A DNA stretch of 64,000 nt from Chiloscyllium plagiosum (GCF_004010195.1 NC_057719.1:89100649-89164648), one strand, 5' to 3'. Numbered from the stretch's first letter, positions 1 to 13,710 are shown. The notes: generated from the sequence alone by a model not told the origin. Program-made: numbers and translations.

Positions 1-269
1 GTCATGGTGAGATTTTAAAAATGTTGCTTTTAAATAGGAGTCTTTGTGGATTGGGGAGCACAAGCGATGAGGGGTAAAACAAGTCTTGGAATATGTGAGC
101 GCTTGGTCTGCGAAGTTTTAGATATTCTTGAGATTACAGTGAATTTGAATGTGGAAAGCCATCTTGGAGTTTGTTAGGATTGTTAAGTCTAGAAGTAATA
201 AAGGAATGGGCAAGAGTTTTAGCAGCAGATGAGCAGAGATTAGGGTGATGTCACAGAGATGGAAATAGG

Positions 270-419
270 TGTTCTTGCTGCAGGACTGGGTTCTTGCTTT
301 CATCTCAACTCACTGCATATCAGCGAATTCATACTTGAGAGAATCCATTCACTGCTCTATGTGGGAAGGTATTCATGCGGTCAGCCAGACTGCTAGGACA
401 CCACTGAGTTCACAAGTAA
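270..419 (+). pseudogene. Decayed terminal C2H2 zinc-finger remnant (~1.5 fingers)
   Basis: caactcactgcatatcagcgaattcatact-gagagaatccattcac...tgtgggaagg...caccactgagttcacaagtaa resembles the [15 protein letters not shown]...H..VH* ends of the intact ZNF genes; disrupted by stops and frameshifts. Confidence 0.65.
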
Positions 420-525
420 CTCCAGTGACTGGATTTCGGTGTGAATCATTTTTGGGAGGAAGTCTATGTTACTAGGGTCTGTTTCTCCTGCTGTATATAA
501 ACTACAGAATTTTCTCTTGGGATGT

Positions 526-630
526 GAGTTCTGCGGAAGGGTTACTGAACCCAAAACGTTAACTCTGATTCCTCTTCACAGACGTTGCCAGACTTATTGA
601 GCTTTTCCAGCAACTTCTGTTTTTGTTTAG
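526..630 (+). mobile_element. Penelope-like 3' terminus with degenerate minimal hammerhead motif (526-565)
   Basis: gagtt CTGCGGA a gggtt actg aaccc AAAA cgtt aactc: stems I and II pair, core has two substitutions; same tail as at 47268-47361. Confidence 0.6.
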
Positions 631-756
631 ATTTTATTGACTGTGTCTAGTTGCCCTTGAGACAGTGGTGGTGAGTTGTCTACTTGAACCGCTTTAGGTA
701 GATTCATTATGCCCTTAGGTAGGCAATTTCAGGATTTTGACCAAGCAACAGTGAAT

Positions 757-1795
757 AGAGTCGTAGTCATAAAGATGTACAGCACGGAAACAGACCCGTC
801 GGTCCAACTCATCCATGCCGACCAGATATCCCAACCCAATCTAGTCCCACCTGCCAGCACCCAAATCCTTCCTATTCATATACCCATCCAAATGCCTCTT
901 AAATGATGCAATTGTACCAGCCTCCACCACATCCTCTGGCAGCTCATTCCATACACGTACCACCCTCTGCGTGAAAACGTTGCCCCTTCGGACTCTTTTA
1001 TATCTTGCCCCTAAATCTATGCCCTCTAGTTCTGGACTCACTACCATAGGGAAAAGACTTTGTCGAATTATCCTATCCATCTGCGTGAAAACGTTGCCCC
1101 TTAGGACTCTTTTATATCTTGCCCCTAAATCTATGCCCTCCAGTTCTGGACTCACTACCATAGGGAAAAGACTTTGTCGAATTATCCTATCCATGCCCCT
1201 CACAATTTTGTAAACCTCTAAGGTCACCCTTCAGATTCTGACGCTCCAGGGAAAACAGCCCATGCCTATTCAACTTCTCCCTATAGCTCAAATCCTCCAA
1301 CCCTGGGAACATCCTTGGGAATCTTCTCTGAACCCTTTCAAGTTTCACAACATCCTTCTGATAGGAAGGAGACCAGAATTGCATGCAATATTCCAACATT
1401 AGCCTAACCAATGTCCTGTACAGCTGCAACATGATGTCCCAACTCCTGTACTCAATACTCTGACCAATAAAGGAAAGCATACCAAATGCCGCCTTAACTA
1501 TCCTATCTATCTGTGACTCCACTTTCAAGGAGCTATGAACCTGCACTCCAAGGTCTCTTTGTTCAGCCACACTCCCTAGGACGCTTTCCCAAAATGCAGC
1601 ACCTCGCATTTATCTGAATTAAACTCCATCTGCCACCTCTCAGTCCATTGGCCCATCTGGTCTAGATCCTGTTGTAATCTGAGGTAACCTTCTTTGCTGT
1701 CCACTACACCTCCAATTTTGGTGTCATCTGCAAATTTACTAACTGTACCTCTTATGCTCGCATCCAAATCATTTAGATAAATGATGAAAAGTAGT
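757..1795 (-). mobile_element. CR1 (HER1-like) LINE 3' fragment with internal 114-bp tandem duplication
   Basis: SKFADDTKIGG, RDLGVQVHSSLKV, LEYCMQFWSP, VVRVWNELP motifs; 967-1080 repeated at 1081-1194. Confidence 0.92.
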
Positions 1796-1809
1796 AGATA
1801 ATATATTTC

Positions 1810-3500
1810 AATGTAAGGTTGATGAGTGTTTCAAAGGGAACTTTTAGGTGGTTATGTTTCCATGTATCTGCTGCCCTTTTCTGTGTTGATGGAGGTGGTC
1901 ATGGGTTTGGATGGTGCTGTCTGAGGACATTTAATGAATTTCTGCAATGCATCTTGTAGATGCTAGACATTGTTGTCACAGAGTGTCTGTGGTGGAGGGA
2001 GTGGCTGCTTGTGGATGTGATGCCAATCAATGGAGCTGCTTTGACCTGGCTGGTGCCAAGCTTCTTGAATGTTGGTGGAGCTTCCCCCATCCAGGCAAGT
2101 TTGGGGAGTCAGGAGGTGAGTTACTCTCTGCAGTATTCCTGGCCTCTGACCTTATTTTGTAGCAATTGTATTTATGTGACAGATCTAGTTAAGTTATGGT
2201 CAGTGATATTCCCATTGATGGTAATAACATGGAATGTCAAGGTGCAGTGGTTAGATTGTCCCATCTTGGAAATGGGCATCTTGATTGTCCCATCTTGGAT
2301 TTGTGTAATGCGAATGTTACTTGCAACTTGTCAGCCCTAGCCTGGATGTTGTTCCCATTATGTTGCATTTGAACATGGACTTCAGTTTCTGAGGAGACAC
2401 CAATGGTGCTGGATCATGCCTACCACTAACTGAATGATAGATCAAACAGCTGAAGATGGTTGGGCCTAGGACACTACCCTGAGAAATTCCTATAGAAATG
2501 TCCTAGAGCTGAGATGACTGACCTTCAATGGGGGACAACCACTTTTCTATGTGCCAGATATGACTCCAACCAGCGGAGAGTTTGCTCCCCTGATTTCCAT
2601 TGAGTCCAGTTTTACAAGGGTTCCTTGATGCCTCACATGTTCCAATGTAGCCTTTACATAACTCTTCACTCACCTCTGGAACTCTGTTGTTTTTGTCCAT
2701 GCCTGCAATGAAGTCAGGAGTGGCCCTTTGGAATCAAACTGCACATCGCTGAGCAGGTGCTGCTTGATAGTCTGTTGATGACGTCTTGCATCACTTTACT
2801 GATGATAAAGAGTAGACTAATGGAATAGTAATTGGCTGGGATGGATTTGGCATGCTTTTTCTGTAGAGGCTATGCCCGAGCAATTTTTCACATTGAGTAA
2901 ATGCCGCTGTTGTGACTTTACTGGAACAGTTCACTGGGGGAGTGTCACATTCTGGAATACAATTCTTCAGTACTATTGCTGGAATGTTGTCCATAACTAT
3001 TGCAGAATCCAGTGACTCCAACTATTTCTTGATATCACGTGGAGTGAATCGAATTGCCTGAACACTGGCATCTGTGATGTTGTGAAAGTGTGGAGGATGT
3101 TTGAAATGGATCATCCACTTGACAGTTTTGGCTGAAGATTGTTGCAATTATGTCAGCCTTATCTTTTGAACTGATGTGTTGGACTCTTCCATCATTGAGG
3201 ATGGGGATATTTTTGGAGTCTCCTCTCCAGTGGGTTATTCACCAACATTCATAGCTGGAGGTGCCAGGGCTGCAAAGCTTAGATCTGATCTGTTGATTAT
3301 GGGATCACTTAGCTTATCACTTGCTGCTCATATTGTTTGGCAGATAGTCCTGTTGTTAGCTTCACCAAGTTGACACCTCATTTTTAGGTATGCCTGGAGA
3401 TGCTCCTGGCAAGCCCTCCTGCACTCTCCATCGAATGAGATTTGATCCCCTGGCTTGATGGTCCGGGTTGAATAGTGGTGTGCTGGGCCATGAGAAGGCA
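1810..3500 (-). mobile_element. Old CR1/L2-group LINE fragments
   Basis: DNIPAIVLKNCIPE and IYKMHCRNS-type ORF2 remnants; related copies at 40560-41580 and 49370-49650. Confidence 0.6.
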
Positions 3501-3502
3501 GA

Positions 3503-3802
3503 TTGATTTAGATTTAGATTAGATGACAGTGTGGAAACAGGCCCTTCAGCCCAACAAGTCCACACCGACCCGCCGAAGCGAAACCCACCCATACCCCCAC
3601 ATTTCCCCCTTACCTAATACTACAGGCAATTTAGTATGGCCAATTCACCTGACCCTGCACAGCTTTGGATGGTGGGAGGAAACCGGAGCACCCGGAGGAA
3701 ACCCACACAGACACGGGGAGAACGTGCAAACTCTACACAGTCAGTCGCCTGAGGCGGGAATTGAACCCGGGTCTCTGGCGCTGTGAGGCAGCAGTGCTAA
3801 CA
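3503..3802 (-). mobile_element. HE1-type tRNA-derived V-SINE
   Basis: V-domain core (tgtgtgggtttcctccgggtgctccggtttcctccc on minus), CR1-like 3' end, (taatc)n tail. Confidence 0.9.
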
Positions 3803-5122
3803 CATTGTTAGGATATCTGGTCGGCATAGACCAGTTGGACCCAATGGTCTGTTTCCGTGCTACAAGTCTCTCAGGCTCTGTCCATCCATTGCTCTTTTTC
3901 ACCTCTGATCACCGCTCTGGCATTGTCTAACCTCCTCGGTCTCCAACAATGGTGCTATCTTACCAATGTTTTGTTTTATTAGTCAGATTTCCACAGCTGC
4001 TTATCCCTGCTGATTTACCAGCTTGACCTTCCCACAGGATTCTTTAAAAATCAGGAACGTTCTTTTTTTTGTCACATGGTATACTTCACATTCCTGCAAC
4101 TTCTTTTACTGACCATCAGCTTCTGCACTGTTTAATATTATTGTAATGTAGTGTACACACTATGAATTATTACAGCTATTTCTGTCTCCATTGCCTGACC
4201 TGAATATTTTTGAGATTTTATCCTTGCAGATTTCTAGAAGCTGCAGTGTTTCTTTATTCTTGTATCATAGATGCTCCCAGGACACAGTTTGTAAACCCAG
4301 GCAGAGCAATTAAGAGGAAGAAGTTTATATCTGGATGGGTGTTGGTTACAGAGTTTGCTCATTGGATGCACTGTCAGTCTTTTCTCATTGACTCAGAGTG
4401 CTGTTGGCTGCCTCCTGTGCTGCAGTTGCTCAGTTAACCCGACGTGCCTGTGCTGGTTTTCTACATGTGCAAGTCTGATCATCCCCACTCCCAGCCATCT
4501 CCTTGTAGACTGGCAATTTATGTTTCGTTGTAGGTGCTCATACTTTTGAAGCCTTTGCTCCAGCTGGAGAGGAGGTGAGGAAAAGCTGCTGAGGTTCGCC
4601 CCAAATACATCAGGATCTAGTTTGGCCCTGCAATTTCCATTGTGAAACTGTTGAAGGGAGCAAGGTTCCAGGGGAATTCCGGTTGCTAAATGGACATTGT
4701 CCATAAAAAGTAACAGGGTATATCATCTTCAGCAATACTTGTCCTTGAAACAATCAATCTTTGTTGTGTACACACATTATTCTTGGATTTGAATGTCACT
4801 AATGAGAGGAACTTTCTAGTATACATGACATTTTAACCTTCCTGAACAGCTGCAAAGTGTATGATGAAGGTGCTTCCACTGTGTTGTTAGGTAAGGTATA
4901 ATGGATTAATACACAGAGCTGATAAAGGCATGTGTGTCCGTTCGACTCGTAACCAACAGTATAGCTTCAACACCAGTATCTCTGTCTCTACCTCGACCTT
5001 TTGTCTCTCTGTCTTTCACTCCTTGCTCTGTCGCACGCTCTCCTGTTGCGTGTGCTCTCTCTTGACATCCCTCCTCCTGGAGCAGGTGGACTCTGCTACT
5101 GGACAAATTGGTGGCAACTTCC

Positions 5123-6310
5123 CTTCCCTGATGGACCAAGCAGAGCCGCTGGATGTTATCTACCTGGACTTCAAGACAGCCTTTGGCAAGCTGCCGCACA
5201 GGAGTCTGCTGGGTAAGATAAGGGCCTTTGGTATTAGAGGCAAGAGGTTAGAATGGATAGAAGTTTGGCTGTCTGGCAGAAAGCAGAGAGTGGAGATTAA
5301 AGGATCCTTCTCAGGATGGCAGCCAGTGACAAGTGGTGTTCCGCAAGGCTTTATTGGGACCACAACTTTTCACATTATACTTTAACAATCCAGATGAAGG
5401 AACTGAGGGCATTCTGGCAAAGTTTGCAGATGATACAAAGATAGGCAAAAGCTATCGTTGAAGAAGCAGGGAGGCTGCAGCAGGATTTGGACAGGTTAGG
5501 AGAGTGGACAAAGAAGTGGTAGATGGAGTACAATGTGGGAAAGTGTGAGGTCGTGCACTTTTTGGTAGGAAGAATAGAGGCATGGACTATTTTCTAAATG
5601 GGGAGCAAATTCAGAAGTCTGAAGTACAAAGAGTCTTGGGGGTTCTAGTCCAGGACTCTCTCAAGGTAAACTTGCAGATTGAGTCAGTAGTTAAAAAGGG
5701 AAATGCAATGATGGCATTTATTTTAAGAGGACTTGAATTTAAAAGCAGGGATGTATTTCTGAGGCTGTATAAGGCTCTGGTCATACCACATTCTAATTTG
5801 CAATTTTGGGCCCCATATCTCGGGAAGTATGTACTGGCCCTGAAACGTGTTCAGAGGAGGTTGGCTAGAATGGTCCCAGGAATAAAAAGCTTAATATAGG
5901 AGGAACATTTGAGGACTCTGGATCTATACTCAATGGAGTTTAGAATGATGAGGGGGAATCTAATTGAAACATGCAGAAGACCTGGCAGAGGCCTGGACAG
6001 AGTAGATGTTGGGAAGGTGCTTCCAATGGTAGGAGAGACTATGGCCTGAGGGCACAGCCTTGGAGTAAAGGAAAGACCAGGAGAGAGAAGGAGAAACTTC
6101 TTCAGCTAGAGTGTGGTGAATCTATGGAGATCCTTGCTACAGAAGACTGCAGAGGCCAGGTCATTGGGTACATTTAGGACTGAGATGGATAGGTTCTTCA
6201 ATGTCAAGGGTTATGGGGAGAAAGTGGGAGAAAGGTTTCTCAACCCCAATCAGCAATGATTGGCAGAGCAGTCTCAGGGGGCTGAATGGCCTAAGTTCTG
6301 CTTTTATGGA
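5123..6310 (+). mobile_element. CR1 LINE ORF2 (RT) fragment, second family
   Basis: DVIYLDFKTAFGKLPH, VTSGVPQG, KFADDTK, RLYKALV..QFWAPY motifs with frameshifts. Confidence 0.9.
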
Positions 6311-6449
6311 CATCAGTAACTCAGTTTGGATTGTATAACAATCCCACGGCTTTTATATCACCTTTTTCCTTCTGTTGGCGGCACAAATGTCCAGATTCAT
6401 TCAGATGTACTTCACAATCTGCCTTTGTTTTTTGTTGGTTCTCTCTCAC

Positions 6450-6482
6450 TCCATTTTGTCCTGTTTTCAATCATTTTTACAG
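6450..6482 (+). promoter_or_regulatory. Splice acceptor preceding ZNF coding exon
   Basis: Pyrimidine tract ccattttgtcctgttttcaatcatttttacAG; equivalent acceptor upstream of the minus-strand ZNF (AG at 59900-59901). Confidence 0.6.
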
Positions 6483-6574
6483 GGTATTCGAAGGAGATGA
6501 TTTGCAATCACAAAGCTAAAAGAGTACATCACATCAAGGACAGACACAATTTATTGTGACATCCATTTCATTGG

Positions 6575-7537
6575 ATGTTTAATATGGAAAGAAACAGCAC
6601 TGTTCACGGTGGAGATAAACCATGGAAATGTGGAGACTGTGAGGAAGGATTCAGATCCCCCTCTGAGCTGGAAACTCATTGGCGCAGGCACACAGGGGAG
6701 AGGCCATTCTCTTGCCCTGAGTGTGGGAAAGGATTCGTTCGCTCATCCAACCTGCTGAGACATCAGCGAGTTCACTCTGGAGAGAGGCCATTCACCTGCC
6801 CCAAGTGTGGGAAAGGATTCATTCATTCAGCTGATCTGCTGAGACACCAGCGAATTCACACAGGGGAAAGACCATTCTCCTGCCCCGAGTGTGGAAAAGG
6901 ATTTACACGCTTATCAGGGCTGCAACAACACCAACGGATTCACACAGGGGAGAGACCATTCATCTGCTCAACATGTGGGAAGGGTTTCACTCAGTTCGCT
7001 GACCTGCAGAAACATCAGCGAGTTCACACTGAGGAGAGACCTTTTCACTGTCCGGAGTGTGGGAAGTGCTTTAAATATTCTGGGGACCTGGTACGCCATC
7101 AACGTATTCACACTGAGGAGAAACCATACAGGTGCACTTACTGTGGCTCTGCATTCAAACAGTCTGAGCAGCTCACTGTGCACCAGCGAGTGCACACTGG
7201 GGAGAGACCGTTCAGCTGTCCTGAGTGTGGGAAGGGGTTCACTCAGTCATCTGCAATGCTGACACACCAGCGCATTCACACTGGGGAGAAGCCATTCATC
7301 TGCTCTATTTGTGGGAAGGCGTTCACTCAGTCATCCACCCTGAGGTCTCACCAGCGAGTTCACACTGGGGAGAGACCATTTAGCTGCCCTGAATGTGGGA
7401 AGAGATTCGTTCAGTTGTCTGCTGTGCTAGCACACCAGCGAGTTCATACTGGGGAGAGGCCATTCACCTGCTCCCAGTGTGAGAAAGCATTCAAGACTTC
7501 ATCTACCCTGCTGAAACACCAGCGAGTTCACCAGTAA
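6575..7537 (+). CDS. C2H2 zinc-finger protein, 11 tandem fingers, no effector domain
   Basis: Open 320-aa frame, 11x CxxC-x12-HxxxH with TGERP linkers; in-frame TGA at 6557-6559; the ATG shared with the other loci may be 6584 (aatATGg). Confidence 0.93.
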   Translation: MFNMERNSTVHGGDKPWKCGDCEEGFRSPSELETHWRRHTGERPFSCPECGKGFVRSSNLLRHQRVHSGERPFTCPKCGKGFIHSADLLRHQRIHTGERPFSCPECGKGFTRLSGLQQHQRIHTGERPFICSTCGKGFTQFADLQKHQRVHTEERPFHCPECGKCFKYSGDLVRHQRIHTEEKPYRCTYCGSAFKQSEQLTVHQRVHTGERPFSCPECGKGFTQSSAMLTHQRIHTGEKPFICSICGKAFTQSSTLRSHQRVHTGERPFSCPECGKRFVQLSAVLAHQRVHTGERPFTCSQCEKAFKTSSTLLKHQRVHQ

Positions 7538-8202
7538 CTGTAGCACATCTATTTTGCTGTTTATTTCACCAATGGTTCAACAATATTGACTGGAGCTGAT
7601 GTCAATAACCTCCAGCCTATGTGTTGGTGTTAGCACACTAGATGAAGTAAAATCAATGTTTTTTTTTAAACTAGGTTCTTGTTAGATCTAATTTGAAATG
7701 TTCTTCCAGTAAATGCGAGGAGCTGGTGGAAATTCTTCGTCACTAAGATTAAGACAATCCAATCAGCTGCTTCTGTCCTAATCAGTTGCCCACTAGCCCA
7801 AATTGTTTCTCAGGTATTTCCTTGCCTGAGCTCTGGACTTTCATCTTTCTCCATTTTCTCTCAATAAGACCATAACAATGTCATTGCACATACTCCGATG
7901 AGAAGAGCTGTCCCAGTTTATATTATAGAAAGTACTAATTACTGTCCAGATTAGAGAGAAAAGAAGCCCCTGTCTATATAACAGAGAACAGTAGTCCCTA
8001 TGTATATGGTTGCAGAACAGCTATCCCTTTTATGTATTGTAAACCAGCAGTCCCTGGGAGTGGTGCAGAGAACAGAAGTTCCTGGGAATATTATCATGAA
8101 TGTGAGTACTTTTCTGTTTTAAAGAGAAAAACGGCCCTCCTGTATATTGGTGAGAACAGCAGTCCATTTGTATATTATAGACAACAGCAGTCCTTGTGCA
8201 TA

Positions 8203-8288
8203 CTACCTGATGAAGGAGCAGTACTCTGCAAGGTAGTGCTTCCAAATAAACCTGTTGGACTATAACCTGGTCTTATGTGATTTTTAAC
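8203..8288 (+). mobile_element. Penelope-like terminus with decayed hammerhead motif
   Basis: ctgatgaaggagcagtactc...aataaacctgttggactataacctgg...gatttttaac, same family as 19342-19422 and 27401-27485. Confidence 0.65.
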
Positions 8289-8610
8289 ATATTGCAGAGA
8301 ACAGCAGTTCCTTTTGATATTACTAGGGAACAACATGCTCTGCATATGTCATGTTCTACTTTATACTATAGGGAAGAGTAGTCTCTACGCATGCGAAACA
8401 GAACAGCAATGTGTTTTATTACAAAGGACTGCATTCCCTGTTTACATGAGAGAGTGACCGTGACCATTCATTTTATACTGAACAGCAATTTCTGTGCATA
8501 TGAAACAGAGCTACAGTCCCTGTTTAATAATGAAATGTAGTGCAGTCTTTATGTATATAAAACAGAACAGCAGTCCCCTTCTTTGTGCAAGGGAACTGCA
8601 GTCTATGTTT

Positions 8611-8701
8611 CACAGGAGGCTCCCAAGCACTGAGGATGTTACCTAGACAGGGGACGAAACGTCTGCAACACAAATTCCCAGCTTGGCGAACAGAACCACA
8701 A
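8611..8701 (+). mobile_element. 91-bp Penelope-like mini-insertion
   Basis: Flanked by cagtct(a/g)tgttt at 8599-8610 and 8702-8713; contains a hammerhead motif. Confidence 0.65.
8627..8666 (+). ncRNA. Minimal type I hammerhead ribozyme motif, intact core
   Basis: gca CTGAGGA t gttacc tagaca ggggac GAAA c gtc tgc; stem I gca/tgc; predicted cleavage after C8663 (GUC). Confidence 0.7.
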
Positions 8702-8796
8702 CAGTCTGTGTTTATTAAGGATGACAGCAGTCCACGTGTACATTGTAGACAGTAGCAGTTACTCTCCAGATTACAGAAAAAAGCCCTGTGTATATA

Positions 8797-10610
8797 GAAC
8801 AAAGAAAATTGTAGCACAGGAACAGGCCCTTTTGCCCACCAAGCCTGTGCTGATCCAAGACCTATATCTAAACCTGTTGCTGGTTTTCCAAGGATCTGTA
8901 TCCGTTCGCTCCCTGCCCATTCATGTACCTGTTTAGATGCATCCTAAATAACACTATTGTGCCCACCTCTACCACCTTGGCTTGCAACATATTTCAGACA
9001 CCCACCACTGTCTGCGTAAATAACTTTTCATGCACATCTCCCTTAAGTTTTCCCCTCCCACCTTAAACTCCTGTCCCCTAGTAATTGAGTTTTTGGGGAA
9101 AAAGGTTTCTTGCTATCCACCCTTTCATAATTTTGTAGACCTCAATCATGTTCCACCCCCAACCTCTGTCTTTCTAATGAAAATAATCCTAATCTACTCA
9201 ACCTCTCGTCATAGCTAGTGTCAACATTCTGGTGAACCTCCTCTGCACCCTCTCCAAAGAATCTACATTCTTTTTGTAATGTGACCAAAACTTGATGCAG
9301 TATTCCAATTGCGGCAGAACGAACGTCCTATAGAACTGTCACATGACCTTTCAACTCTTGTACCCAATACCCTATCTGATGGAGGAAAGCATGCCATATA
9401 CCTTCTTGACCACTCTATTGACCTGCGTTGCCACCTTCAGGGTACAGTGAATCTTAACACCCAGATCTCTCTGTACATCAATTTTCCCAGGGCTTTTCCA
9501 TTTGCTATATAGTTTGCTGTAGCATTGGATCTTCCAAAATGCATCACCACGCGTTTGCCTGGATAGAATTCCGTTTGCCATTTCTCTGCCCAACTATCCA
9601 ATCTGTCTATGTTCTGCTGTATTTTCTGACAGTCCCCTTCACTATCTGCTACTCCACCAATTTTAGTGTCACCTCCAAATTTGCTAATCAGACCACCTAT
9701 ACCTTCTTCCAGATCATTTACGTACATCACAAACAACAGTGGTCCCAACACGGATCCCTGTGGAACACCACTGGTCACAGTTTTCCATTTTGAGAAACTC
9801 TCTTCCACTACTACTGTCTCCTGCCCAGCCAGTTCTCTATCCATCTAGCTAGTACACCCTGGACCCCATGCGACTTCACATTTTCCAGCAGGTGAACTTA
9901 TCAAACACTTTACAACCCTTCCCTCATCAATCAACTTTGTCACTTCCTCAAAGAATTCTATTAATTTGGTAAGACATGACTTTCCCTGCACAAAATCACA
10001 TTGCCTATTACTGATAGCCCATTTTCTTCCAACTTAGAATAGATCCTATCCCTCAATAACTTCTCCAGCAGCTCCCCACCCCTGATGTCAGGCTCACCAG
10101 TCTATAATTACCTGGATCATCCCTGCTACCCTTTTTAAACAAGGAGACAACATTAGCAGTTCTCCAGTCCTCAGAGACCTCACCCGCATTCAAAGATATC
10201 TGTTAAGCCCCAGCTATTTCCACTCTTTCTTCCCTCAGTAACCTGGGATAGATCCCATCCGGACCTGGGGACTTATCCATCTTAATGCCTTTTACCCAAC
10301 ACTTCCTCCCTCCTTATACCAACTTGACCTAGAGTAATCAAATAACTATCCTTAACCTCTACATCCATCATGTCCCTCTCCTTGTTAAATACTGATGCAA
10401 AGTACTCATTAAGAATCTCACCCATTTTCTCTGACTCCATGCATAACTTTCATCCTTTGTCCTTGAGTGGGCCAACCCATTCCCTAGTTACCCTCTTGCT
10501 CCTTACATACGAATAAAAGGCTTTGGGATTTTCGTTAACCCTGTTTGCTAAAGTTTGTGACCCCTTTTAGCCCTGTAAATTCCTCGTTTCAGATTGGTCC
10601 TACTTTCCCG
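8797..10610 (-). mobile_element. CR1 LINE ORF2 fragment with 3' end
   Basis: WKTVTSGVPQGSVLGPLLFVMYVNDL..SKFGGDTKIGG; RDLGVKIH; inserted in the satellite. Confidence 0.9.
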
Positions 10611-12444
10611 ATTTAACAGAGAACAGTAATCCTTATGTATATTGAGGAGAACAGCAGCCCCTGAGAATATTATTCTGAAAAGCGGTCCCTATGTATATTA
10701 TGTAGAACAGTAGTTCCTTTCTTTATTACCGAGAACACAACACCCATGCAGAATAGCTGTCACTGTTTATAGTGTAGGGAACAGCAGTCTACGTACATAC
10801 AAAACACAACAGTGATCGCTGTTCTTTATTACATAGTTCTGCATTCCCTGATAATAATGCAGAGAACAGCAGTCCTGTTTATATTGTATTGAACTGCAGC
10901 CTCTGCAAATGAAACAGAGCTCCAGTGTCTGTTAATAGTGAAGTGCAGTCTGTGTATATGAAAGTCAGTTATTTGTATATGAGAGAGAACAAGTTCCTGT
11001 GTATGTTATAGAGAGAAACTGTTTGTGTTTCTTGCAGAGAACAGCAGTTACTGTTTACAGTGTATTACAGAGATCCACACTCCTGTATACTGAGTAAAGC
11101 TGTCCCTGTGTATACTGTAGGTGACAGCAATCCCTGGGGATGTTCTACAATAGAGCAGTCACTGACTATATTACAGGTAACAGATGTCCCTATCCATATT
11201 ACAGAGAACACGAGTCTGTCGTTCTCACAAAGTTCCTGTAAATATTGCACAGAATAAGAGTTTAGGTGTATATTGTTTCTGCATATATTGTAGAGAGCAG
11301 CAGGCTCTAAGAATGTTATAGAAAACAGCAGTCCCTGTCTTTTATACAGGGAACAATAGTCCCTGTCTTTCGTATATAGAACAGCAGACCCTGTCAGAAG
11401 TATAGAAAGCAGCAGTCTCTGTGTACAGTATGGAGAACAGCAGTCCCTGCTATTTGTATGGTATGGAGAACAGTGTTCCCTTCCTTTAGTAGGGAACAGC
11501 AGTCCCTAACGATCGTATAGGGAAAAGCAGTCCATGTCTACATTGTAGTGTTAAACTGTTACTGTTTTAATGAAAGGAAACCGCAGTGTCTGTGTATATT
11601 AAACAGAAAAGCAGTCCACGCGTAGGTTATAGATAATACCAGTTCCTGTGTATATTGAGGAGAACAGCAGATCCTGTGCATATTTTTGAGAACAGCTGTC
11701 ACTGTGGAAATGATAGAAAACAATAGTCCCAGGTAACGTTGTAGAGTAGATCAGTCCCTGATTACATTACATAGAGCAGCCGTCCCTATGCATATTATAG
11801 AGAACAGTAGTCCCTCTTTTAAATATAATGAAGAGCAGTCGCTGTATGCAGGACTCAGAAGAGCTTGCCCTATGTTTATTATAGAGTACAGCAGACCCTT
11901 TGCGTATTATAGAGAAAAGCAATTATTGTGTCTTTTGCAGAGAACGGCATTTCCCAGTTACATTGTGTTGAATCTTTGTGTTCAATCTTTATGTCTGAAA
12001 CAGAACAGCAATTCTGTTTTATTACAGAGAACCACCTGTTTCTATTGTACAGAAAAGCACTCTGTGCATTTGAAACAGAACTACAGTCCCGGTTAATATT
12101 AAAGTGAAATGCAGTCTGTGTGTATATAAAAAAGAACAGCAGTCTCTTTGTACATGCAAGAGAAGAACAGTACGTGTGTATGTTATAGTGAATAAGAACT
12201 GCAGTCCTTGTTTATAGTGAGGAGAACAGCAGTCCCTGGGAATGTTGTTGAGAAGAGCGGCCACTGACTATATTGCAGATAACAATATTATGTTATTATG
12301 TTATCTCTTATGTGAAACAGCAGCGGCTGTGTACATGAATTGGAATAACAGTCGATGTGTTTATTATACAGAACAGTAAACCCTGTGCATATTACAGAAA
12401 AGAGCAATTCCTGTGTCTCTTGAGGATAACAGCTAACTCTATAT

Positions 12445-13710
12445 AGAGTCATAGAGATGTACAGCATGTAAACAGACCACGCCGACCAGATATCCCAACC
12501 CAATCTAATCCCAACCCAATCTAGTCCCATCTGCCAGCACCAGGCCCATATCCCTCCAAACCCTTACTATTCATATACCCATCCAAATGCCTCTTAAATG
12601 TTGCAATTGTACCAGGCTCCACCACATCCTCTGGCAGCTCATTCCATACACGTACCACCCTCTGCATGAAAAACTTGCCCCTTGGGTCTCTTTTATATCT
12701 TTCCCCTCTCACCCTAAACCTATGCCTTCTAGTTCTGGACTCCCCGATCCCAGGGAAAAGACTTTGTCTGTTTATCCTATCCATGCCCCTCATAATTTTT
12801 TTAGATTAGATTTTAACTTTTAGATTACTTACAGTGTGGAAACAGGCCCTTCGGCCCAACAAGTCCACACCGACCCGCCGAAGCGTAACCCACCCATTCC
12901 CGTACATTTACCCCTTTACCTAACACTATGGGCAATTTAGTATGGCCAGTTCACCTGACCTGCACATCTTTGGACTGTGGGAGAAAACCGGAGCACCCGG
13001 AGGAAACCCACGCAGACACGGGGAGAATGTGCAAACTCCACACAGTCAGTCGCCTGAGTCGGGAATTGAACCCGGGTCTCTGGCGCTGTGAGGCAGCAGT
13101 GCTAACCACTGTGCCACCGTGCCGCCCACGGTAAACCTCTATAAGGTTTCAGCCTCCGACGCTCCAGGGAAAACAGCCCCAGCCTGTTCAGCCTCTCCCT
13201 TTAGCTCAAATCCTGCAACCCAGCAACATCTTGTAAATCTTTTCTGAACCCTTTCAAGTTTCACAACACCTTTCCGATAGGAAGGAGACCAGAATTGCAC
13301 GCAATATTCCAACAGTGGCCTAACCAATGTCCTGTCCAGCTGCAACATGACCTCCCAACCCCTATACTCAATACTCTGATCAATAAAGGAAAGCATACCA
13401 AACGCCTTCTTCACTATCCTATCTACCTGCGACTTCACTTTCAAGGAGCTATGAACCTGCACTCCAAGGTCTTTTTGTTTAGCAACACTCCCTAGGACCT
13501 TACCATTAAGTCCTGCTAAGATTTGCTTTCCCAAAATGCAGCACCTCGCATTTATCTGAATTAAACTCCATCTGCCACTTCTCAACCCATTGGCCCATCT
13601 GGTCCAGATCCTGTTGTAATCTGAGGTAACCCTCTTCACTGTCCACTACACCTCCAATTTTGGTGTCATCTGAAAACTTACTAACTGTACCTCTTATGCT
13701 CGCATCCATA
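12445..13710 (-). mobile_element. CR1 (HER1-like) 3' fragment with nested SINE
   Basis: SKFSDDTKIGG, LLEYCVQFWSP, VVRVWNELP; interrupted by HE1 SINE at 12801-13128. Confidence 0.92.
12801..13128 (-). mobile_element. Full-length HE1-type V-SINE
   Basis: tRNA-like head gggcggcacggtggcacagtggttagcactgctgcctcacagcgccagagacccgggttcaattccc on minus, V core, taatc tail. Confidence 0.93.

Noticed and set aside
4900..5120. Possible LTR end plus PBS (aca-aat-tggtggca)
   Set aside because: No second LTR or internal domain to support it
6891..7262. Alternative-frame and antisense ORFs over the ZNF genes
   Set aside because: Shadow frames of repetitive zinc-finger codons
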